Source: Elsinoe ampelina
Lineage: Eukaryota
Direction: 5' to 3'
Length of the DNA: 64,000 bases
Assembly (NCBI GenBank): GCA_010093995.1
Contig: ML992510.1
Coordinates: 951,845 to 1,015,844, forward strand
Shown here: in pieces, positions 47,587 through 56,824 of the stretch
How the letters are laid out: each line of letters begins with the position of its first letter
Position numbering within the stretch: the stretch's first letter is position 1
Made by a program: the position numbers and the translations under genes
The notes under the pieces: model-generated
Seen by the model: only the letters and a program-made list of their open reading frames with translations
The model's database searches: none
What the model was told of the DNA's origin: nothing

Positions 47587-48658
47587 ATGGCACCAGATAT
47601 CAAGTACTTCACGGCCGAGCCGGAGGCCAACGTCAATGCCGCAGCACCGTCCGAGAACAAAGGTTACACATTAGCTTACACAACCTATGGGTCCAATTCG
47701 AATCCGGCTGTGCTGCTGCCAACTTGCTACAGCGGTAGAATCCAGGACACTCTGAACTTCCTGTATACCTCTTCGGAGGGCAAGAAGGCGGTGCTTGAGG
47801 ACTACTTTGTTATCGTGGTCGGCCTGCTTGGTGGGAGTCAGTCATCCTCACCCTCGACTGCGGCGGCGGACCAGCGAGGGTCAAAATTCGGCAAGCCTTC
47901 GTATGGTAGGTCAAATGTGTCTGCACAAGAGTCTCCATGCTCAAATCAGTGCAGAAGACAACATCCGCATCCAACATGCTCTTTGCCAGGCTCTTGGTGT
48001 GAAGCACCTTCATGCTTACATCGGCTTCAGCATGGGTGGCCAACAAGCCTACCACATGGCCACCATCTTTCCAGACTTTGTCTCTCGTATCGTGGTCCTG
48101 GCCAGCTCAGCTCGCACAAGCTGGCATAACTGGTCCTTCCTGGAGGGACCTCGTGCCGCATTGGTCAACAGTGTTGACTTCAAGGACGGCGAGTATACTG
48201 AGCCAGCTACTCGGGGGCTAAAGGCTTTCGCCAGAGTCTACTCCACCTGGGCTCTGAGCCAGGAGTGGTACCGCCAGAAGAACTGGGAGGGACTTGGGTT
48301 CGGCTCTTTGGAGGAGTTCATGCAGAAAGCATGGGAGGCGAGGATCCTGACTTGGGATGCCCATGATCTTCTTTGTCTCATGCAGACGTGGCAGAGGGGT
48401 GATATCTCTCTTCATGGTTCGGAGAAGGGAGACTTGCCGAAGGCGCTGGCTAGCATCAAGGCAAAGGTTTTGCTGATGCCGAGTCGGACTGACATGTACT
48501 TCCCGCCAGAGGACAGCGAGGAGGAGGTCAAGCATCTGAAGAATGGCAAGCTCAGCATCATCGAGAGCGCATGGGGTCATTTCGCTGGTGGTGGTGGTGG
48601 GACCAAGGACGACAATGCATTCATCGAGACTGAAGTGAAACAATTTCTTCATAGCTAG
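47587..48658 (+). CDS. Homoserine O-acetyltransferase-like alpha/beta hydrolase; intron 47906-47954
   Basis: LAYTTYG, LLPTCYSG, SSSPS, nucleophile GFSMGG, TDMYFP and SAWGH catalytic motifs. Confidence 0.9.
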
Positions 48659-48924
48659 TAACACCGTACATACTACCGAGATCATTACAAAGATGAAAGA
48701 ACCATCGACTTCGTGGGTTACTTGCGGTCAATCGGTGCCCTGGGGTCATGTGCTGTACTTGCCCCTGATTTCAGGGGGTCAGGTGCACAATCACCTCGCG
48801 CCGTGAAGGGAGTGGACAAGGTATCCATCGTGACAGGCAAGTTCTCAATTGGCCCGAGCGTCGTCCAGCTGGAGAAATGAACCACCAAAGACAGTTTTCC
48901 GGCCAAAAACACTCTTGCCGACCC

Positions 48925-48930
48925 AAAAAA
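48925..48930 (-). terminator. RNA polymerase III oligo-T terminator of the tRNA-Gln gene
   Basis: T6 on the minus strand 13 nt after the discriminator base, with a backup T5 at 48905-48909. Confidence 0.8.
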
Positions 48931-48966
48931 GCATGGGCCACGAAGGTCTTACCAGGGCTCGAACCT

Positions 48967-49014
48967 CTGCACGATATTAGACTAGTACAACTCCACGGAC
49001 AGGGAGAGACGCGC
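48967..49014 (-). other. 48-nt spliceosomal-type GC-AG intron in the tRNA T-stem
   Basis: GCGCGT donor, CTAAT branch site, GCAG acceptor. Removal joins CC+AGG into the strand that pairs with CCTGG. An internal GTCCGT at 49000 is an alternative donor. Confidence 0.72.
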
Positions 49015-49026
49015 GGGACTCGGGAA

Positions 49027-49043
49027 CATGTGTGCTATAAGCT
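49027..49043 (-). other. 17-nt canonical tRNA intron between positions 37 and 38
   Basis: AGCTTATAGCACACATG lies one base 3' of the anticodon. Its antepenultimate A can pair with U32 (anticodon-intron pair). Confidence 0.8.
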
Positions 49044-49064
49044 TCAAAATCCCACGTGCTAACC

Positions 49065-49113
49065 CTGAAGGAGGGTTAGTGAAGAGATGTGGAGGTCCTG
49101 AGCTGATACGGAC
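49065..49113 (-). other. 49-nt spliceosomal-type GT-AG intron in the tRNA D-loop
   Basis: GTCCGT donor, ACTAAC branch site, CCTCCTT pyrimidines, CAG acceptor. Precise removal restores the D-loop GG and the A box TAGTGTAGTGG. Confidence 0.85.
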
Positions 49114-50401
49114 ACTACACTATAAGACCAGGCTTTAGAAGCGTCCGTAGACGAGATTTCAAGTGCTCCCGGTGTTTATAATATCTATAATCATCACCAG
49201 GAAGATGTGAGCAAATATTGGCAAATATGAGCAAATTTACGATACTGACCGCGGTACACCCCCTGACGGTCGCCAACGGCCCCAACACATACAGATCGAA
49301 GGCTTTCACAGAAACGATTCGACTGCAAGCACAATCATAGCAAGTCCGCGATTATTGTGGTCGTATTTTGTGGTCGCTGCGTCGTGGTTCCGGGTCGCAG
49401 GTATGGCAATAGACTGCTATTGTTCGTTCTCTTCTCTCTGCCTTCATCCGACTCCGAGCAAGTCATGCACAAAGAAATGACAATGGGAGAATACCTCGTC
49501 TCTTACCAGTCTTCTTTGTCATGATCGAGAGTCAGACTTCCGGCCAACACAGTCTAAAACTCCACAACATGGAGCGGGGAAACGTCACGAACCCAGACCC
49601 ACTTCTCAGAATTCAAAAATCTCTTCTCACGTATGATTGCAATATTGACTTGCCTCAGAAACATAATCACGCACTAGTCTGGACCTTCACCCGCCCTTTG
49701 GTCGTGGTACATGGGTCACAGGCACCGCATGTCGTCCACTCCCGCTGCCAAGCATAGCCACCTACTGCTTTGGGCGTGCAGCATAACGACACGCACTTCA
49801 ATAGCATGCAAACTCGCTCAGCTTTGCAAGTGCATGGGTCGTCCTATCATCGATGAAACAACAATCCTGAAGCTGAATGAATTGGGTACTGCAGAGACGG
49901 CAGATACGTAATCAAGGACCTATTGACTTTGATCCAACGCTCTTCTGATCACAGGACACAACGAAGACGAAGACGGTCACTTCAGGGCGGAGCGAGGAGC
50001 GGAACACTCACAAGTTCAGGATCACAGCACAACCCAGTCATTCGACTTGCGACGTCTCGAAGAGCGGTCCATCAGGCGTATGCCTGCACGGCCGAACATG
50101 CCAGAGGGTATCAATCTGGTAGCACCCGGCAGTCTGATCATCCATCAACATCGACGCCAACTTACTGTATGCGTTTGTGCATCTAATTAGATAAAATTTG
50201 TATCTCTCAAAGTGACGATTGATCATATTGAATTCTGAAGGGTCGAAGCAATCGACCAATTAACAATGTTCGGGATAGTTCAAGATGACCTCATCCTGGG
50301 ACGGCTCGAAAACAAGGAAATACTCGCTGAATCATGAACTTGACCAACATTCATTATGGACGCCCATCTGCCGTTGATCAATCTGCATCACAATCGCAAA
50401 T

Positions 50402-51532
50402 ATGCCTGACTCGTTACAGTTTGTGATTCGAAACAATACCGATTCACCGTCTTGCTTCGCCTACATCACTGGATTGGCTCTCCAGCAAGATAATCAACGC
50501 TGCTTTGTCAAGGGAGATGGCAACCTCTACTTCCCTACCGCGCCGAATTCAGGATCTATCCTTCAGCCATTAGCGGAAGACTGTGCTGTACCTCTGGGTG
50601 AGCCCGGCAATGAGACCACCATTAAGGTTCCACAAATCGCTGGCGGCCGAGTATGGATCTCACGAGACAAGAAGCTCACATTCTTGGTCAATCCTGGCCC
50701 AGCTCTGGTCGAGCCTAGCGTGCTGAATCCGTCTGACCCCAATGCCGATGTCGACTTTGGCTTTGTGGAATTCACTCTGAACGACAGCCAGCTGTACGCC
50801 AATATCAGCTTCGTCGACTTTGTCCCACGGCTGCCCATGGGCATCGAGCTTGAGACCGCTTCCGGAGCCCATACCAAAGTCTGTGGCCTGCCACCTGACG
50901 GCATCAACCAGATCGCGGATCGCCTCAATGGACAGGCTGGCGGAGATAACAGCCCCTGGGACAAGCTCATTGTCCTAGACAAAGCGGATGGAAGTCCTCT
51001 CCGCGTCCTCAATGCTACTCATGGCGGGACTGTCGGGGCAGACTTTGGTGCCTACTTCGATGAGTACGTGTCCAAGGTATGGGACAAGTACTCGAAGGAC
51101 GACGAGTTAACAATAGATACGCAATGCGACACAGGAGTCGTGAAGGGCAAGGTGAACGGCAGTGGCGAGCTAGACTTTGGTGATGGGTTAACCTTTGCTC
51201 GTCCATCGACGGCAGATGTACTCGGATGCAACAGTGGACCATTCACCACAGGCCCGGATCCACGACGCAATGCTATCATTCCACGTTTGGCTGCTGGGTT
51301 TGTGCGAGGCACACTTCTGAACGAGACCAATCACCCAAGCGATCCGGCAGGTTTCTACAAGGATCAGACAGTGCATCACTATTCTCGTATTGTGCATGAG
51401 GTCAACAGCGATGGAAAGGGTTACGCATTTGCTTACGACGACGTCGACCCAACCGGCGGCGAGGACCAGAGCGGAAAGGTCAATGCTGGGGACCCGACTG
51501 TCTTCAGAATCATTCTGGGCGGTAAGGACTGA
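50402..51532 (+). CDS. Glycoside hydrolase family 64 beta-1,3-glucanase (no signal peptide)
   Basis: GGRVWIS, PALVEPSVLNPSDPN, FVEFTLNDSQLYANISFVDFV, HYSRIVHEVNSDGKGYAFAYDDV. Confidence 0.92.
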   Translation: MPDSLQFVIRNNTDSPSCFAYITGLALQQDNQRCFVKGDGNLYFPTAPNSGSILQPLAEDCAVPLGEPGNETTIKVPQIAGGRVWISRDKKLTFLVNPGPALVEPSVLNPSDPNADVDFGFVEFTLNDSQLYANISFVDFVPRLPMGIELETASGAHTKVCGLPPDGINQIADRLNGQAGGDNSPWDKLIVLDKADGSPLRVLNATHGGTVGADFGAYFDEYVSKVWDKYSKDDELTIDTQCDTGVVKGKVNGSGELDFGDGLTFARPSTADVLGCNSGPFTTGPDPRRNAIIPRLAAGFVRGTLLNETNHPSDPAGFYKDQTVHHYSRIVHEVNSDGKGYAFAYDDVDPTGGEDQSGKVNAGDPTVFRIILGGKD

Positions 51533-52021
51533 ACGTGAAGAAGCCAGTGGACATGGCATGAGATTTTGACGAGACAAGCTACGAAAACCATACGATTTGA
51601 GCTGGGTATCCTCCCTAACCCTTTCAAATACCTCCAAGAAACCTCCCAGATGGAGCCCGAAAAGTTGTTCAAGTGACCGCCATTGCTAGACCGATGCCAA
51701 TCACCTCACCGAGATTGCCTACACTATGTACCACGTCCTTCATCCCTTCCCCCTCCACGCCCTCATCACCATCTTTCTACTGGATAAACGCACCCGACAC
51801 CTTGTTCCGGGCCACGCAGTCCGTGAGGGCGGTAACGAAGTCGCACCTACGGCGTCTAAGATACTCCGCGGCAGTGCCTTCCGAAGCTCCAGTCTGCTCC
51901 ATGAAGTCCGAGATCATGCCGCGAGCAAAACGATCATTGCCAAGGGCGCGGCAACGTATGCCTTCACCAGCTGCTCGTGCTCATGGTGAAGAGAGATTGT
52001 GCAGAACACCATGCCGCTGCT

Positions 52022-53911
52022 CTATGTATCCGTATAGGTCCGACGGATCTGCTCGAAGGCGGCCTTGTGCTGGGAACCGACCCAAGCAGACTGGATCTCC
52101 TTGGTGCCAATGATGTGATGCTTAGCTGCCTCTTGTTCCATGAACATGCTCCAGCAGTTCTTCCCATGACCCGTGTTCCCCATGTCCTTGTGCCCGACCA
52201 CGATCCTACCAGCTTGTCCACGACTCATCACCACATTGAAGCGGCGGCGGTCAGTGGCGAGGTAACCCAGCGTGTCACCTGCGCCAGTGGTAGGTCCAGC
52301 GCTGGAGAAACTACCAGGTCTCCCGGTCCGGAACGGCCCCCCGCCGCCAGTGGCAGCTGCTTTGCCGCCGAGAACGACACAGTCGATGATCTGCACCATG
52401 GACTGCATGCCTTGGGAGCCGTCGGCGGTCGTGATGGTGGTGCCGGACACGCGCGGTTCGGTTGCGAAGAGAGCCTTGAGGAGATCCACCTGGTCTGCGT
52501 AGAAGGTTGTGACGAGGATGTCGGTGGGTGAGAAGCCGCCTTGGACCAGAATGCAGGTGGTGATGAAGGTGATAGCTGGGGTCTGGAAGTTTGTGCGGGA
52601 GTTGCTGTTGCGACGCTGTTCTGACTTCCAGGTGTAGTAGCTTGACTGTTCGGGGCTGAGGACGATGGAGCAGATATGGTCGTCTGTGCGGACGAGAGGG
52701 TGCTGGGCAGGGAGCAGGCGACGGCGAAGGATGTTTGTGAATTGGTCGACTTCTCTTCGATTCGTTGTGCTGAAGTCATCGACGAGGGTGCCATCGTAAA
52801 TCAGAGTATTGAAAGCCGCACTGATCTGGGGATGGCTGCGGTATTGTCTTTGGAGGTGGACGGATGGAGTGCCTGCATCGATCAAGCGCTCGAGTTGATA
52901 GATAGAGCCAGTATTGCTGAAAGGATTGCGCGGCGCAACGACGGTTGGTGGGAGCTGTTTGTGATCGCCAACCAGAAGCACTCGCTTGAGTCTATTCCCT
53001 CGTAGATAGCTCTGACTGATGGTTGACTTGCACGAGCCTCTGACAGCTGCGAGGTTTCGTCAATGATGAGGACGTCGGGACGGATACGAGACATGATCGG
53101 TAGGTCCGCAGCGGACGCAGTCGAATAGATGCCTTGAGCGGCAGCGATGTATGAGGACTGAACATCGCCCAGTGCCTTGCGCTCAGCTCGGCCGAAAGCT
53201 TCCTTTTCAGCCATGCGCTGTTGAACGGTCTTGTTGGTGTCGGTGCGATCAAGCGTCGCATCCTGGTGAGCCTTGTTGAGTCTGGCTAGTTCTTGAATTT
53301 CCTCGGGATAGTATGGTGTCCCTAATGAACCATCCGCCGCTGCTTGGGCCCGGCTGGCAATGACTCTGCTGAGAGACAGGAACTTCCTTCCTTTTTCTGT
53401 ACCGTTGAGGAATCGGAGGGCTCTTTCGTCAGTAGAAGTTTCGTCCAGCTGAAGGGCTTCGAGTGACCCTAGAAGCCCAGAGCTGCCGTCCTGACAGTAG
53501 TTCTCCCAGTCTTGCTGGGCGAAGTTGGAGTGAATGCGATAGATACCGTCAATTTGTCGTTGCCCCTTTCTTGCCATGATTTTACCAGTGAGGACATTTA
53601 TCGCGGCATCGCTGTCCCCTGATGCCCAGAAGACATGCTTGACCATACGCTGGGACGGAGCGCTCGAGAGTTGGAGCTCGATCTCAAATGTGTGTTGAAG
53701 CGGTGAGATGTTCATGCTGAAAGTAACAGAGTAAGACTCGTCGGTGGGATGGATGGTGTCCTTGCCGACCTGGATGGCGCACTTGCGGTGGAAGCCGGCG
53801 AGCGTCTGGGTATCGAGCAGGCATCGGTTGAACTTTTTCATAGCATTGGGAGGAGGTGGGAAGCGACTTTCAAGCGCCCATGCGTTGGGTGGATGATCCC
53901 TGTCAGCCATG
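52022..53911 (-). pseudogene. Upf1/Nam7-like superfamily 1 helicase, frameshifted and lacking Walker A
   Basis: SDAAINVL (Ia) and LIIDETSQ (II) are in one frame. LVGDHKQLPP (III), LQRQYRSHP, TADGSQGMQ and RRFNVVMSRGQ (VI) are in another. The shift is at ~52995-53000. No GPPGTGKT-like motif is present. Confidence 0.8.
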
Positions 53912-54739
53912 ATGTGCAATATGGTAGACTTGGTCAGTTTGAAATCTGAAGTGGGCGAAAGAGAGAAAACTCTGCGGAGGGGTTGAGAGGACTTTACGAG
54001 CACTGTCAATGTGAAAATACTACCAGGCGGCGAAGTTGGGCTGGCCGGCATCGAATTTCACATGCAAGTAACCGCTGCAAACATGAGAGGATCACAGTAG
54101 GCATGCCAAACACTCCAGCGGGAACATCGTTGCGGTCATGAGATCTCGCGCCCTGGTAGTATCACTAGAGACTGTCTCGACATGTAGAACATCTGGGAAA
54201 GCTGCTCGGTGACAAGTATGGAGTCAAGCCAGCGACAGTGTGAGATTAGAAGCTGTCGGGCACAGCGTTGTCAACGCGAGTAATCGCAAGCACCAACCCA
54301 CGTTATCCGAGGCCGAAGCGTGACAGTGTTTACGAAGCATGAAGCCCGTCGTGATGTCGGCTTTTCGAATGGTATGCATGCGAATAAAAGGCCGAACGAG
54401 ATTATGCTAGTGAGAAAGGAAGTTGGATGAAAGAAGCTGATCTGAAATGGCTGATCGAAACGTTCAAGACCCGCCGCCCGTCCGGCTCCGGATCTTGCAG
54501 CTTGGTCATCGATGAACTCCCCATCTCTCATCACCTCTAGGCCAAAGAATATCAACGAGACAAGTGCGTACATCTCTTCCATTTGAACGGAATCTCTCAA
54601 GTTGATTCATCCGAAACCTCATGAGTCATCGCAAGCACCATTAGTCAATATTGACTGGTGGCGACAGGCGTCCGTTCGGTACCCTTGCATCACCGCAGAT
54701 CGTGGGACGACATCTTCCGTCTGGCAATAGATTTGCGAA

Positions 54740-56055
54740 ATGTCATCTGCACCAGGCTCGGCGCTGGAAAGCCTTTTTTCAATACAGGAACTTCTCTCGC
54801 TGATCCTATCATACTTGCCGCCATCTCTGGACGAGTATGCCATCGACGGACCCACTGCGGATGACTATCGGTCTCAAGTCACGATCCAGCGTGCTCACAG
54901 TCTGCGAGACTTGATGAGATGCCGACTGGTGTGTCGACACTGGCATTCCGTCATTGGTCAAAGCCGGGAGCATCGGGAAGCTCTTTTCCTAGAAGCATCT
55001 CATGGACGTGGCGGGCGGAAGAAAACCGTCGATTCGCAGGGACGAAGCTGGGATGTCCCCGATTCTGCACCATGGCTGCAGCTCAATCGCGAGGTCGAGT
55101 TCATGGGGCGAGGCAGGGCTAATCAAGATATCGAGTCTGATATCGCTGCTTCACGAATACGAATGAGCCAAGTGAGTACACCCCTTATCCTGCCCGGGCA
55201 CTGCATTGAGATCCTTTGCATCTGCCAAGTATCCCTTGTGATATCAATAGCCTGACAGTTCAATAGGCTATCCAGGCACCGCAGGTCCTCCGGCCTCGAC
55301 GACCACAATCCATCTCGCGTGCAGCACTATCTGCTCTTCGGGAGAGATCTCAGAGCAACTCTCGGGGATCTCTTCACTCAAGTCTAGCTCGGTCTGCGTC
55401 CTCCTCTCGCGCACCTCGGTCAGACCAAATGTACCCCTGCCGACCGATTCTCAATCCCTTACTCCAGCGCTACTTCCACAATGCACAGTTCCGCTTCAAC
55501 CCCATGCACGCCAGCGATTCAGCCAGTCGCTACCAAGCACATCTGATCATCGAACGGGATGACTTCGACCAATGGAACGACATCGCCCACCCATCATCTC
55601 CAACCTTCCCCCCCTTTGTCCCAACATGGTGCAACATGCACCTCGCCTCACCTCCCATCACATCCATCATCGCCGTGGTCTGGGAACGCAGCACCTACAC
55701 CCTCGTCTCCCGCCCTAAACCAACGCCAACCTCCGAATCGTCCTCGCCTGCATCTCGAATCCTCCCCTCCGCACCTCCCTCGACACCTCAAGATCGCGAA
55801 CAACGCACCACCTCCTTCGGCGTCGGCGGCTGGGACCTCTCCGAACAAGCTAGTGAACCGACCCGGCATACAGGCGGCAGGAGGAGTTTCTACCGCAGCG
55901 ACGTGACCATGACAGCCGTGCCGCCTAGTGCGTTCTATAGTACGAAGCAAGTGTCTGATGAGAGAGGGTTGACGATGGGGGTGGTCATGGTGGCTGTGGG
56001 GGAGATGTTTGCCGGTGATGGAGCGCTGAAGGCTGTGAAAGTTTGTACGCAATGA
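54740..56055 (+). CDS. F-box domain protein; intron 55172-55266 (or -55275)
   Basis: LFSIQELLSLILSYLP...DLMRCRLVCRHWHSVIGQS..REALFL F-box, followed by PILNPLL. A GTGAGT intron links to the 55429 ORF in frame. Confidence 0.8.
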
Positions 56056-56564
56056 AGTGCCAGCCCGTGCTACGATTGATTAGTGAAATCTGGTTCATCA
56101 GCGGTTGGGGCTCTGAAGGGAGGATCAGACGTCTGGCCAACACTCTCAAGACTTCTATATTGGCTTGAACATGATTAACGAAGCCGGCCACATCAAGATT
56201 TTCAGGTTGTCGGACACGCCTCGAAACGTACACAGTGTCGACGGAACGTCAGTCCTGGTAGGAATGTTACCACAGATACTACCATTTTCTTTAGCAAATC
56301 TTAAAGTCTGTCATTCGTGTTTATGCTAGGTTCTGGTAGTAATTCTACTATAAGCCATGGACTGAGGGGCTGAGTGCGTTTCCAGGTGTGACTGACAACC
56401 TGAAAATCTCGGTAGCGCGGCAGTACTTTTCGAAAAATCACCTGTTGAACCCTATTCCTGCTTGGACAGAGCATGACGACCTTCTTTCCTCGCCTTGTGG
56501 TGCATCTTGCATCTCTGGCGCGCACGTGATGATGATCTGAGTGTCTCACGAGACGTGAAAGTAT

Positions 56565-56824
56565 TGTCAACCTCGGCAAGAGCTGTGGTGCCAAGAAGGA
56601 CCCTGATTCAGTGCAACCAAGGTTGAACTAAGCACTCATCAACAGTTACACCAATTCATGATCAATTTAGACGGTTATTGTCTTATTCTGTTACCATCAA
56701 GGAGTTCTTCTAATTCAGCTATCTCTTAGTTCATTAGGTTAAGTATATATGTAGTTACAATCCACCTAATTTAGGTAGATTAGGCAGTAATAAATCTCTT
56801 TCCCTCCCCACACACAAGTCAACA
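56565..56824 (+). repeat. 5' LTR
   Basis: Direct repeat of 61655-61914 with 15 mismatches in 260 bp by manual alignment. Confidence 0.97.

Larger units (their letters stand above)
48944..49129 (-). tRNA. tRNA-Gln(UUG) in four exons (49129-49114, 49064-49044, 49026-49015, 48966-48944) with one canonical and two spliceosomal-type introns
   Basis: Joined exons give GGTCTTA TA GTGT AGTGGTTA GCAC G TGGGA TT TTG AT TCCCG AGTC CCAGG TTCGAGC CCTGG TAAGACC T: 72 nt, 7/7 acceptor pairs, 5/5 T-stem pairs, anticodon TTG at 49047-49045. Confidence 0.88.

Noticed and set aside
49059..49079. Interstitial telomere repeat (TAACCC/GGGTTA)
   Set aside because: Single units only; explained by the intron branch site and the tRNA D-loop.
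49300..50380. Possible gene relic or further ncRNA
   Set aside because: Could not assemble a protein, a B box or a cloverleaf.
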